A stretch of 64,000 bases of DNA from Antedon mediterranea. Taxonomy: Eukaryota; Animalia; Echinodermata. This document shows, in pieces, positions 37,501-52,108 of this stretch. Numbering within the stretch: the first letter of the stretch is position 1; the number at the start of each line of letters is the position of its first letter. The position numbers and the translations under genes were made by a program. The notes under the pieces are model-generated. The model did not search any database. It had not been told where the DNA came from and saw nothing but the letters and a program-made list of their open reading frames with translations. The stretch lies in assembly GCF_964355755.1 (NCBI RefSeq), contig NC_092679.1:3502201-3566200 (forward strand). The letters run 5' to 3'.

Positions 37501-38163
37501 ATTTAATACAAGATTGGTGATAGCAAATGGGCATCAAAAAAATGTAGAGTTAGGGTTACTATTCAAAAACTATAATTACAGAGTTAAATGTTATGTCTTC
37601 TGTCAAGTAAAAACAATAAATATCTTTAACTTAAAAGAGAAATTTCAGTATCAATTAAATTATTATATTTTATTGTTAATAATGCGAAAAATCAATTTCT
37701 CAATCAACTTTCTATGCGTTTCATGTCATTTTAAATATGTAAACATTTCCACGCGCACAATTTTTTTTCAGTTTTCCTATGCCAAAATGTTGACATAGTA
37801 AAAAGTTAAGCTCTGTCTACACTATCAAACTTTATGCGACAACACAAATGTGATGTGCCCAGATATGGACATGATGATGTCATATCACTACCACAGCATA
37901 TCACTGCCATATTTGGGCATATCACACATTTTTTGTCAAACTATAGTTAAAATTTTACTACTGTAAAACCTTGATAAAAAGCCAATAGACTTCTTTTTTT
38001 AGTACTCAGTCTTGGGTCAGCCCCTTTTCAAGATGGTTTTTTCCAAGATGGGCTTCTTTTCAGGATTACTTTTCAAAACTAATGAGGGGACTTCTTTCGA
38101 ATGTACAATAAACTAGAAATGTTGACATATTCAGTAGTAAAATAAAAAACATAACTCTACTAT

Positions 38164-39928
38164 CAGGCCCGTATGCAGCATTTATAATGGGGGGGTGCGA
38201 GCGAAGCGAGCAACAATGGCTGGGGGCCAGGGGGCCGCCAAGGGCCCCCGGTCAGGGTCCAGGGGCCGAAGGCCCTGGAAAAATTTGCGTTATTTGACGT
38301 TCTAAAGACTGATGTAAGACTCTCTGTTGTGGCTTGGGCTAGTTGAACGATGGACACCAGAACTTAACGCTTTCATGATGAGGCCAACTCAGCAGGGGTG
38401 GCGCCAGGATCTTCCCGACGCGGGGGCTACATTCCCCGACGAGGGGGCTATGCGAGCATCACTAGGCTGAGGGCCAGGGGCCGCCAAGGGCCCCCGGTGG
38501 GTCCAGGGGGCGAAGCCCCCGGAAGCAACGCGTTCTAGCGTCATTTGAGGTCTTTTTAATCAGATTTAGGGTAGCCATTTTTTCCATTTTTTATAATGCA
38601 TAAATAAAATACTGCGTGCAAAAAAACGATGCGCGATGACTGTTTCAATCCATATTTTTCAATTTAAAAAATAAAAGTTCAAAGAAAATTTTGAAAAATA
38701 GAGTTGGAGGTCCCGGAAATTGGACTTATTATACTTCAAAACATGAAAAAAAATATATAAGTCCCTATCATGGGTTGTGACTGAGCTAAGAAATGCTTGA
38801 AAAATAGAGATGTTAGGTCCCGGAAAATGTACTTCTTGTTCTTCGAAATATGACCAGCTTTATTGTTGGGGCTGAGCTAAGAAAATGTTTAAAACTAGAG
38901 CTGCAGGTCTTCAAAAAATTGCATTTTATACTTTGGAAACATCAGGCCTAGAGGCTTAAAAAACGCAAGCGTAGACCTTTTTCAGTCGGGGAAAAAAGTT
39001 TATTCCTCCCAGGTGTATGCATGCGTACCATCTGGACTTCCGAGTGGTGAGAAATTCATGACATACAGGATATTGAAAATGTAATAACTATAGCTATAAT
39101 GTTGGCTAAGCGAAAATGGCATGTTTTTTTGTTTAGTAATGGATGAAAAATTTATTTTAGGTGCCCCACGGTACAGAAGGTTACTTGTAAATTAAAAAAT
39201 TGGTGAACAAACGAACAATTAACATAATTCGTTTTTGCTGTAGTGTAGCGTACGTCGACGCAGTACACGACGTAACCGTCGGTAAACTTCGCCTGGAAAA
39301 TAACACATTACACATTTTGGTCCCTGGATGAAACTTGATATCACGCGTCTCGACCCAACGTTGAACGATTCGTACAAAGGGATACCGCCAGACAAGTGCG
39401 TACCTAGCTATTGTTTAGTAGTAAGTTAGATCGCTGGCAATAATGAATGCATATAAAGTGCATAATATCACTCTGACGTACTCTCACGGTCAATGAAACG
39501 TCGCGGTTTTCTAGGCGCTGAAGCTAGCTACGAAGTGAACGCGAACGCTTTTTACTGTATATTATATTCCCCGACAAAAAGTACACGTGTTCCCTGACGT
39601 TAAGTTGTATTTCTCCAGCAAACACTTTACCGCGTACCGCGTACATGAAGCGCTAAGCTATTGCTTGTCGTCACATGATCGACTGCGCATGTTTTATATC
39701 GAGTTTGTAGTCAGTTTAGATTCCGTAATTTAATTACCGGTATTTTTTCATTTTATATTAGCATATTTTTGTTTGTATACCATTGATAATGTAAATTTTG
39801 TATATATATAATGATATTGTCTTTAGTTAAACAAGACAAGAAAAAATACCAACCGAGGAAATAGTGGACCTTTTGGGACTTGGGGGGGTGCGTCTGCACC
39901 CAACGCACCCCCCCTGGATACGGGCCTG
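38164..39928. mobile_element. Non-autonomous hAT-like element with 5-bp TSD, possibly composite (second CAGGGGTGGCGCCAGG end near 38393)
   Basis: actat|CAGGCCCGTATGCAG..CTGGATACGGGCCTG|actat. Confidence 0.8.
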
Positions 39929-40561
39929 ACTATGTTGACATTTCTTCAAAAAGGATTTCCACAAGAAAGCCCAGATCTCTTCAATTCGTTGAACTAACGG
40001 CACTCCGAGAGTGCATAATATACTCCTACTGTAAAATTCTAGCTAGCTAGGCCTCTTAATTATTTCCAATTAATTATTTGAAAACAGTAAAAAAATTAAC
40101 AATCTGTATTCAAAGACAAAAAAAATGTTTTCTTGAATATCAATATGCCATTTTGATGTTATAACAGTTGTTCAATTTGACCAAAAATATGAAAATATTG
40201 ACCTTAAAAATTGTAATTTAAACCATTATTTAACCAAGAACTAATATTTTGTCTAATTTAAACCATTTTATATATGATTTTAATATTTTTTAAACTACAT
40301 ACAGTACCATATCAATCTACACTAATATACATTATCGAATTAGAATTATTATTTTACTGGACAAAATCGATTTTAAATTCCCGCCCAAACGGAACAAAAA
40401 GGCTACAATCAATGAAAAGGCGTCGTTAACGCGGACGATTGTGATTGGCCAATTCAAGAAATACCTTCCGACAGTGAGCCATGAGTAGGCTATAAAGTCG
40501 CGGTCAAAATTACATTTGGCATTATCTTTCGATTTAGTAAACCGAAATACGCAAGCTATAA

Positions 40562-40942
<381 letters not shown>

Positions 40943-40968
40943 ATCATCGCAGCGAACTCAAAACAAAC

Positions 40969-41005
40969 GGCTCTTTTCAGAGCCAACAAATGAACAAAAG
41001 AAATT
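40969..41005 (+). terminator. Histone 3' stem-loop and downstream element (H2A-1)
   Basis: GGCTCTTTTCAGAGCC at 40969-40984, then caaaagaaattt. Confidence 0.95.
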
Positions 41006-42029
41006 TGATTTGCAACTCTACTCTATGTTGTCTCTGTATTATTGTATATTTTTGTTATTGTATTTAAAAAAAAGTTTTTTTCTATATGCCATAGACCTAT
41101 ATATATAATTATGTTAAATGGAAACAAATACTTAAAATTAAAAGAATAGAAGAATACAGAATAGGCAATCAAAACAAATTAAAACATTTGAACTTCAGCA
41201 GTTAATAAAAACCAAAAACGCATTGACTCCCATTTAATTATAATGTGCAATATTTTCATTTCCTACGAATCATGGAGGTATAAAAAACTTACCTCCATGT
41301 ACCAACTGAGGCATGATACTTGACATGACAAATGCATAGGCCTATAGTATACATTTAAGTGCATGCTTAGTGGTTTAATATTAAAACCATATAAATAAAT
41401 GGTTTACATTAGACAAAATATTAGTATGCTTTTAAATTACATTTTGTTTTCTATTAAATTGTTGGTCAAACTGTCATAGGGCTTCACAAATTACTACAAT
41501 ATATTGATATTCAAGAAAAACATGTAGAACAAATATTTGTTTGCAGGAGGACAGTATGCCTTTCAATACAGATTATTCATTTGTTATTATGGCTGGATAC
41601 TGTTTTCAAATATTAATTGGACATAAGATGCCTAGCTAGTTAGTTAAGTTGAATCATTAGTCTCAAACTAGTTTGACAAAATAAATATGATATGGTAGTG
41701 ATGTTCCCAAATATGGTAGTGATTTGACATCATCATGTACATATATGGGCACATCACATGTTTTTGTCACATTTGATACAGAGCTTTATTCTAGTAAGTA
41801 GGCCTACCGGTACTACATACACTTGCCCTAGAGTCGTACCTGTAATATTAATTGAATTTCTATACTACTTTATTTTTTTTAATCAATGGTGCATCCTGAA
41901 ACAAAATTACAAGAACAACATTTTTCCATAAAAACATGTAAACACAAACTATCTATACCGGTATATATAATGTGTGTTTATAATATATATAATATACATA
42001 ATATATGTATTTGAACAATACCCATGAAA

Positions 42030-42097
42030 GCCCCAGTGGTCTAAGTGGTTAGGACATCTGCATATCAAGCAGGCGGTCCGAGTCTCGGTTGGAGCGA
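42030..42097 (+). pseudogene. tRNA-like pseudogene or SINE head lacking the T-loop/B box
   Basis: gccccagtggtctaagtggttaggaca-tctgc-atatcaa-gcagg-cggtccg[gap]agtctcggttggagcg. Confidence 0.5.
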
Positions 42098-42347
42098 CTT
42101 TTTCTCATTCTCATCTTTATCGTTTCAAATTAATTAATTACAAATTTCAGTATATCACCGGGCGGTTTAGAATTAATGTTCATTGCCTGATGTGTTTATA
42201 ATATTATATATATATATATATAAATCCAAAGGCAAATTACTGAAAAAATGACAATGCTGTGGGTATCAGTGGCTGGATCTCAATGGAGATACAAAATAAA
42301 AGCGAAAAGCTAAATCAAAACGAGAAGTAAAACAGCCAGAAAAGTTA

Positions 42348-42384
42348 GCAGAGCTTTCGGGCAACACTAGCCCTTCATCAGTGC
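42348..42384 (-). ncRNA. Minimal type I hammerhead ribozyme motif within a roughly 180-bp insert between (TA)n runs
   Basis: Minus strand GCA-CUGAUGA-A-GGGC(uaguguu)GCCC-GAAAGCUC-UGC: full catalytic core, stem II, palindromic AGCU stem III, CUC cleavage triplet, 3-bp stem I. Confidence 0.72.
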
Positions 42385-43519
42385 AAGTGAAGGAATTAAC
42401 TATATATATAGGCCTATATATATATATTATAGTTCCATGAAAATACTCAGTGTACTGTACGTTCAACCATTCGGACTGTACATTTTAAAATTAAAATTTA
42501 TCCAGTAAAATATAGAAGGGTACCCCCATTTAGTAATAAATTACTGAAAAAAGCCGTGTTGTAATTTGTTCTGCAATGTCGTTCAAAATCCCATTTATTT
42601 ACATTTGGTAAATTATTGGTATTATTAGTTATTTCATTGGTATATATCATGATTTTGTTCTTTTTTAAATTAAAATAAATGAATGTACCCCTGTGCAATC
42701 AGACCAGGAGTTGTAACACATCCTACCTTAGTGATATACAACATGCAAAATAAAATAATACACTCTGACATAATATAATATAATCGGCCTATGCAAAGTA
42801 CTTATTATAAATTATGTTATGTCACATACAACAATTACTTCTCAATAATTTAATATCTATTATGAAAAAATATTTACTGAACTTACAAATGAAAACTAAG
42901 CATAATTGTTCAGAAATCTAGGAAATGTTCTGTATACAGCATACTGAATGCACACATTACCTTTTTTTATTTGTTCATATACTTTGTTCAAGACATCAAC
43001 ATTACTGCCTTAAAACTAAATGTAAAATGCATCTAAATTCATTAAATCCCATATAAATATTAAATTACATATTGTTAAGTTTCTATATTAGATATTTTTT
43101 TGATGTAAAATAAATGCTGTAATTAAAAAAATTAATAATTAGTAAGTATAATGTGTTTTGAAAATATTAACTGACAAGTTTCAATGCTTATATCTATTTA
43201 ATAAAACGGATTAATCTAAATTAAACATCACATATAGAATAAAAATGTTTTGTAGAATACTATACTCCAAATATTTCCATTAAAATATGAAAAATAATGC
43301 TTTAAATGTGTATTTAAACACAAAAAGAAACACAATTTATGAAATGTTTAATCGAACTCTCTCAAACACAAAAGGGCGGTGAGATGACGTTTTCGTCCAC
43401 GTCCGCAATAACGCTAATAAAAGTGGAGTTAAGTCAGTGCGTTGCATCACTCAACTCAACCAACCAACTCAACTTGTTATTCGTACTGTTTAGAAAAGTT
43501 ATTGTATTCTACATTCAAT

Positions 43520-44101
43520 ATGGCTGATCAAGCTAAAACTAAGAAGAAGCCTGCAGCTAAGAAGCCGTCTGCTCACCCAACGTACATCGACATGATTACG
43601 GCTGCAATCGGTGCTTTGAAGGAGAGAAACGGCTCATCTCGTCAGGCTATTGCTAAGTACCTCCTAGCCAACTACAAAGTTGATCCAATAACCATGAAAA
43701 CTCATCTCCGTATGGCTTTGAAACGTGGTGTCGAAAGCAACAAACTTGTTCAACCAAAAGGTACAGGAGCCAGCGGTTCATTCAAACTAAACCAGGCTGC
43801 AGCCAAGGCTGATGCAGCTGCCAAGGCAAAGAAAGAAAAGGCAAAGAAGAAAGCAGCTGCAGACAAGGAAAAAACTGTTGCAAAGAAGGCCAAGAAACCA
43901 GCAGCAAAGAAGACCAAGAAACCAGCTGCAAAGAAAGCTACCAAATCCAAGTCACCCAAGAAGGCTAAGAAGTCTGAAAAGAAGGCATCCTCCAAGCCTA
44001 AGAAGGCAACCAAGTCTCCTAAGAAGCCAAAGACAAAGAAGCCTAAAAAGCCCAAAGCTAAAAAGGCATCGAAGTCACCAAAGAAGGCTGCCAAGAAGTA
44101 A
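43520..44101 (+). CDS. H1: Linker histone H1 (193 aa)
   Basis: [37 protein letters not shown] globular domain and K/A/P tail with SPKK motifs; true ATG at 43520; AAACACA H1-box-like motifs and a GC box upstream. Confidence 0.97.
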   Translation: MADQAKTKKKPAAKKPSAHPTYIDMITAAIGALKERNGSSRQAIAKYLLANYKVDPITMKTHLRMALKRGVESNKLVQPKGTGASGSFKLNQAAAKADAAAKAKKEKAKKKAAADKEKTVAKKAKKPAAKKTKKPAAKKATKSKSPKKAKKSEKKASSKPKKATKSPKKPKTKKPKKPKAKKASKSPKKAAKK

Positions 44102-44130
44102 ATTATTACTAAATCAATTCCAAACCAAAA

Positions 44131-44170
44131 GGCTCTTTTCAGAGCCACCATTTGCACAAAAGAGATTAAT
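44131..44170 (+). terminator. Histone 3' stem-loop and downstream element (H1)
   Basis: GGCTCTTTTCAGAGCC at 44131-44146, then caaaagagatt. Confidence 0.95.
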
Positions 44171-45383
44171 TTGCATTTGTGGTTTATTTTTGCTTTTATA
44201 TACACACCCAATACATATTCATCATTACAATTTCAACATTAAATGATGTATACATCTTAATATAATGCTCTAGTCTCTTAGTAAATAATGTTTACTGATT
44301 TTGTTTGTCGTAAACATTAATGCTCATCAAAATTTGCTGGGTCTTAAAGATTTTTGTTCCCCAATAACATTAATTATTTTTTAATAGGACATTTTGCAGT
44401 TTTATATTTTTTTACTTGTAAAAATACAAAACAAAGCTTTTAATGTATTTTTTAGGTAAAGCAGTCATTTCTTTTCCGATCAATTTTTGGATCAAAGTGA
44501 GTAACTAAACATACAGAAACAGGGGAAAATTTCATTTTAAAATTTTGGGCGCTAGTTCCGTTTCGCACCTGTCATTTATTTCGACTCAAAATGTGTAAAT
44601 AAACTTTATCGTGAGTACCACACCTTAGAATTAGGCCACTCTTCCCTGGTACAACAGTGTGCAATTTCGTACTATTTAGTACAGACTTGATCCAGGTATT
44701 TGTGCATGTCTTTTTATAGTAATTACGTATCCTAATAATAACAAAGAACTGACAAAAGCTACTTGCAGCATAACAATATTCTTACTAGTACAGTGCAGAA
44801 TATCAAGAGTTGAAAATTACAATTTATCTGCACTTAGGTACGTACAGTATAATTAAAACATTATTTATAGATATTCTTAATTTACAAATACAATGAATAA
44901 TATGAATTATCTGAGGGTGTCGTCCCTATTTCATTATCCTCGACTGGATGGACCACCCTCTCATAATAATAATATTGTTTGTAGTACTGTATAAGTTGAA
45001 AGGAAGGGAATTATAATTTTAAGATGTGTTAATTTTTCTTCCATGGTTGAAATGAATATAAAAAAAAAACAGGCTGAACTGATTGGATTCAAGCCAACAA
45101 TAGATACAGTGGTCTTTGTTCACTTTGTATTTTTGGCGGGCGGCGGAAGAAGAAAATTAATTCATGGGTTTTTTTGTCTTTTATTAAAATTTAAGCGCGA
45201 TTGTTCGTTTAAATTTTCCGCCCAATAAAAAAATTCACATGAACACAGTCGGTAGGTAATTGTTGACTAACCGGAAAAGGTCAGTTTGAGAGCGTTGGAT
45301 TTGTTGACTCACGTCCGCATAAAGTGTATATATTCTTCGGCTGTTTACAGTTTTCTGCACATTTCGATTTTCGAATCGCATAA

Positions 45384-45713
<330 letters not shown>

Positions 45714-45791
45714 GCTATTCTATACACAAACCAAAAGGCTCTTTTCAGAGCCACAATATGAACCAAAAGAGATTTATTTTGCTTTTCTAAA

Positions 45792-46184
45792 TATAGCCTA
45801 AATGCATTTTTACGCAATGCCGAAACTGAAGTAGCGAAAGTTAATTTTGGTTTGTAAATGAAGTCTCTAGGCCTAGGCCTATAGCTATAGCCTAGCCTAT
45901 ATAAAGTATTTATATAAAATATAATATTAATAATGAATTTATATTTATTATTAATCATAATATCCAGTAGAAAAAAAAGAAAGGAATGCGAGCTGTTTTT
46001 GGCGACATAAATATATTAAACTATTTTTATAGGCCGCGGCCTGCCTACTCACTCATCACACATACCTAGTAATAGTATGATAATAAAATTCCTATAGCTA
46101 TAGGCCTAGAGACTTCATTTACAAACCAAAATTAACTTTCGCTACTTCAGTTTCGGCATTGCGTAAAAATGCATTTAGGCTATA
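45792..46184. repeat. Near-perfect inverted repeat of about 90 bp around a roughly 200-bp spacer, just downstream of H4
   Basis: tatagcctaaatgcatttttacgcaatgccgaaactgaagtagcg..gaagtctctaggccta is reverse-complemented at about 46100-46184. Confidence 0.9.
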
Positions 46185-47650
46185 ATTATTAACAATTGAT
46201 TGTAGGCTTGCTTGCCTAGCTAGGCCAACCCCTATTCAGTGTGTTCCTTAATATGAGTTTTACCAAAGAATATAATACTTAATAGGCCTATTCTTTCGTT
46301 TTACTGTATATTAAATATAATACAACTTCGTGGCGCTAGATAGTATAGTTCCAGGTTATATCTTTATTTATAAAATAGTATAAATACAGTATATTATTAG
46401 GCAGACTGTTTAAACAGGTTATTTTTATATGAAGCATAAGTTATTTCATCGTGTTTGTAGTAGTATACAGGACATCAATCGAGTGTTTTTAAAGAGTTTA
46501 GGAAACTCCATACTCGTTTCTTTTATAGTTAAAGCAAAAATTAATCTAGCCCTACATACAATATTTTCAAACATGAACTCAAAAGATAATATCTAAAATA
46601 CGAAGTTGTTCAAATAATGGGGCAGAATGTGTGTATCTCTCAAGGCAAGATTAAAATACAGCATTTTCTATATTATTAAGCCTTTAATACTATAGGCATA
46701 CTGTTTGTCAAAAACATTAAATTGTGGACAATATTTTAATTTATTTACATTTGTAGTAGTACTCGGGCGTGTACACAATTGTTGGTGCCTTCAGCACATT
46801 CCAAAACCTTTTTATTTTAGGAATATGGAATTATTAGGAATATAATTTATATTATTGATATAGGGAATCTATTCTTATATTTGTTTAAATATGTTGTAAA
46901 TGTTTCTTATAAAATAAATAGCCAATGGCAATAATGCCATTAGTTTTCGTGATATAATAATATAATAAATAAGTAAGAGTATTTTTTGTTTTAATGATAC
47001 TGTACGTACAACATTGTCAAAAACAAACAGATCAGTATACAATTCAGTGTGAATATAGTTAAACATTGTGGACAATCTTTTTTAATTTATACATCGTACA
47101 TATTTTGACAAGAGAGAGCACATCCAAAACCCGTTTATTTTAGAAATATGGAATTTTTAGGAATATAATAGGCCTAGCTAGGCCATGGGAATCTTATATT
47201 TTGTTAATATATTATTATGCTGTAATTTTTTCTTATACATAGCCGGCCGTTAGTGTTCGTGATATAAATAAGGGTATTTTTTGTTTTGTTTTAAGGATAC
47301 GTACACTGTCTTAAATGGGTTTCTACAGCCTATTATTATTATTATTATACAGTATTGACTGTATAGGCCTAAAATAATTATTGTATTCCCGCCCTTCCCT
47401 CCTTTGTCTCTAATCTGTTTTCTTTTTATTTAAATTCTCAATTTCTTTGTTCTCTTTTTGATGATAAAAACAGGCAGGCCAACGTAATCTTCCTTCTCAT
47501 TGAGAGAGATTAGTATGCGGACGTGTAATAAGCGACACATTTTGCCCAATCACATTACGTTTCCTTAATTAGATTCATGAATTGTCTCCCTTATAAACCA
47601 ACCTCGATCGAAAATTTAAGCATAATTTCTATTCGACATCCGAATTCTGA

Positions 47651-48070
<420 letters not shown>

Positions 48071-48671
48071 TAATAAGCCGTTCCATTAACATTTTCAAAC
48101 CAAAAGGCTCTTTTCAGAGCCACTACTTGAGCAAAAGAGAATTAATTAGCAAAATGTCTTCTTTTTTTATATTATACACAGTACTATAAACTAGGATATG
48201 CCTAACTAATGAGTAAAGGCTCATGTTTAGACTCCCATTAACTCTTAAAGTATTGGCCTACCAACCATATTATACACGTGGACGTTTTTCAATTCCCGCC
48301 TAAGGTTGAATAGGCCTACAGTATAAGAAATCACCACAAAGCTTATGGTTATGCTGTATTATGTACTAGGCCTATTTCAACTCCAAAATCACTTTTTTTA
48401 CTGGTTTCCACACATCTAACATATAATTATCTGTATACTACAGACTAGGATAGGCCTATAAATAAATGAAATTCTCTTGCCTATATAGACCCCCACTAAT
48501 CTGGGCAGTATATTTCATTGCTTGTAGGTTTAAGTTATATCCATTATTAAACATTTTACACGTGGAAGTTTTTTCCAATTCCCGCCTAAAGATGAATAGG
48601 CCTGTAAGAAATCAACACAAAGCAAATAATTATTTTTAGCGTGTTGTAGGGGCCGAGGTCAACCTTGCAGT

Positions 48672-48927
48672 TGTAACGTCAAATTAAGTGAATTTGCCAA
48701 ATTAGGTTCGCGTTGTCCGTATCACGCAAGGCTAGGTCACCTAATTTTGCAGCACGTTTCTGGCGAGCTAATCGTGTTATTAAATATTGATATTCATTTA
48801 CAAATAAAAAAACACTGAAAATGACTAACACTTAAGTATTTCTAACACAATAATCTTTACTTATTGTATGAAATTAAATATTAAAACGGTACCTAATTTG
48901 GCAGTGGAACCTAATTTGGCGTGACAC
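48672..48927. mobile_element. MITE with ccaaattagg subterminal repeats (related copy from about 30445)
   Basis: tgtaacgtcaaatta..taatttggcgtgaca ends; about 190 bp shared with 30445-30640. Confidence 0.65.
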
Positions 48928-49432
48928 AGTACATTAAATCGTAACACGTGTTATAACGTAGTTCATACACTTGTATTTTCCTCATGTATACCACCAAACA
49001 AACAAGTATACGCATTTAATATGAATTCATTTCATTTATTGATTTTTTAATCTGGTTTTGAAATTTGAAAAAAAAAAAATGATTTAAAATTAGGATAAAA
49101 CTATTCTACATTTTGGCAAATTATGCCAACATTTTAAATGTTATATTCAACGTTCATTCCCTACACGAACTGAGGCCATAATAGGCGCAGCCAGCTTGAA
49201 ATGATAAATGCATAAGCTTACAATATATACAACCAACAAGTACATGCTTAGTGATTTTTTATTTCTTCATGGAGAAATAAATATTGATTTTACAAAGGAT
49301 TATTTTAAACTGTTATAAGAACAAACCATACAATACTGTACAATCGCCCATTGTTTAAATTTTCACAGCTTTTTCAGTTTAGAATTTAGCCTCCGGCTTA
49401 TACCAATTTTAAAACATGCGCGCTAACCAACA

Positions 49433-49499
49433 GCCAATAGGAAACGTAAACTTAACTATCCTGCCAGGAAGCCCTCATTTGCATATCTAAGGCTATAAG
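49433..49499 (+). promoter_or_regulatory. H2B promoter: CCAAT, octamer ATTTGCAT (49477-49484) and TATA
   Basis: gccaatag..ctcATTTGCATatctaaggcTATAag is the classic H2B-box arrangement. Confidence 0.8.
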
Positions 49500-49561
49500 T
49501 ACTGAGCTTGTTCAACAATTCGTCACTTCAATTTTCTCATCGTAGACTAAAATTGTAAAAT

Positions 49562-49930
49562 ATGCCACCAAAGGTTTCAGGAAAAGCTGCTAAGAAAGCC
49601 GGTAAGGCTAAAGCTGTAAGAACTACTGACAAGAAAAGAAAACGTAAGCGAAAGGAAAGCTACAGCATCTACATCTACAAGGTGTTGAAGCAAGTTCACC
49701 CAGACACCGGTATCTCAAGCAGAGCCATGGGAATCATGAACAGTTTCGTCAACGACATCTTCGAACGTATTGCAGGCGAAGCATCTCGTCTTGCTCACTA
49801 CAACAAGAAATCTACCATCACCAGCAGGGAAGTCCAGACTGCTGTCCGTCTTTTGCTTCCAGGTGAATTGGCCAAACATGCCGTCTCTGAAGGTACCAAG
49901 GCTGTCACCAAATACACCAGCTCCAAGTAG
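49562..49930 (+). CDS. H2B: Histone H2B
   Basis: Canonical 122-aa H2B; stem-loop at 49960-49975. Confidence 0.99.
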   Translation: MPPKVSGKAAKKAGKAKAVRTTDKKRKRKRKESYSIYIYKVLKQVHPDTGISSRAMGIMNSFVNDIFERIAGEASRLAHYNKKSTITSREVQTAVRLLLPGELAKHAVSEGTKAVTKYTSSK

Positions 49931-51192
49931 ACACAATTTTGCAGATTCTCAAACCAAACGGCTCTTTTCAGAGCCACCACATGTCCAAAAGAGATTTAAT
50001 TTGCATTACAGTATATGTGTACGTTTATTATTTGTTCTTATTTCACATAATATAGATTGGAGTATACCACAAACTCTATTTTATTTCTAAATATCGCATA
50101 GGCCTAGGATTTCAGCTATAGCCTATGGGCTTGCTATTTTTATACGATTTTTTTTAAAAGTTTGAATGCTATATAGGGAAAACTGTGTATTCGGAATAGG
50201 GTGGGGGAGGCACTGAGGAATTGTAAACAAAATTAATTTTAAGAAAATACATTAGACCTGCCATTTATACGTACCTACTAAATACTGTAGTATTAATTGG
50301 AACTATGGTGCTCCATATACGATCGAATATGACACAGTATGTACCGTATACCGACAGCGTGGATTTAATACCTTTCTATATTTTATAACATTGATCCAGG
50401 AACAGAATTTCTATGTTTTTTTCTTTAAAAAAATGACAATAAATTATACTTGAATTGGACAACTTTGGATAATTTCGGTTGTGGTTATAATATGTAGAAT
50501 AGTTTAATCAATGACAACATTTTACCTATAGGCTATTATCTTACAAAGAATTAGGGATGTTGCATTGCAGAAATCAACTGAAAAAATTAATAATACACGT
50601 CTTTTGCAACCTATGTAAAGCTTATAAAAAGAGAAAAACCTGTATGTCCGAAAATAATATAGATTATAATATGTGAAATGGACCGGAGGTCATTGTTTAT
50701 TGAATAAATGAAAGAAAGAAGAAAGAAAGATTGTGTTTTATTTATCAGTGAAGTCGTTAGTGGTGCATAATATGAACGTTTTCCCTTAATTACGAAACAA
50801 TAATAAACTAAAATGACACCACTATGAATATTGTAATACAGTACAAAGTATATAACTTAACTTTTTGGACAGTGGTCGATGAACTGGACAATGGACACAT
50901 TGTAATTTTTGAAATGGGCGTTTTAATTCCCGCCTGAAAAAAACAAAGAAAAAGGTAAAGCAAATACACAACAGTTAGTATTTGATATTCAACAAAGGGG
51001 TATTTCAACACAAAGCTCAAATTCCCGCCCAAAGAACAAAAGCAATACCCTGTATAATGGAGCCAGTTATCGTTGGCGCGAAAAGCTATGATTGGCTAAT
51101 TCAATCCTATCACTCCGAATGGGAGTCTCGGATAGGCTATAAAAACCCGGTATAATTAAATTTGGTATCATTTTCTATTTTAGAAAGAATAA

Positions 51193-51585
<393 letters not shown>

Positions 51586-52108
51586 ATCATCAAAACGACC
51601 TTTTCTCAAACCAAACGGCTCTTTTCAGAGCCACCAAATAAACAAAGGAGATTTGATTTGCGACTCTTGTTTCATTCTGTATTGACACCACAACATAATT
51701 TTCAATGTGTACATAATACAAAAAAAAAATTGGAATACTGTACAGTACTACTACTAGGCCTACATAGTACATTTAATACACAGTCAGTACAGTAATAAGT
51801 CATTAATTCTGATCAACTGCCGATTGGCACCAGAGTTTTTTTTATATGATTATTCCATTATAAAATATGTTTTATGTAGCTACGTTCAAATATAGGAATG
51901 GTAATGAGGGTGCTCTCCTTTCTGTTGACTGTATTTGGTGATTATTGACCACCATGTTAATAACATCGGGTGTTTTACAATGAACATTAATAAATAAGAC
52001 TAGCCAACTACATACATTTTATTTCTTTTTTTTTTATTTCAACGTAACAAGTAACAGAATTGCTAACAAGAAAAACAAACGCTTTAAAACACTATGTACT
52101 GGGTGCTC

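Noticed and set aside
42030-42097. Functional tRNA gene
   Set aside because: T-arm/B box deleted and stems imperfect; same problem for 15881-15946.
43442-43519. 26-aa N-terminal extension of H1 in the ORF track
   Set aside because: Starts at TTG within the promoter/5' UTR; the ATG at 43520 fits H1.
46723-47305. Direct repeats in the H4-H3 spacer (also 48260-48345 vs 48558-48623)
   Set aside because: Ordinary diverged local duplications with no evidence of function beyond carrying an E2F-like site in the latter pair.
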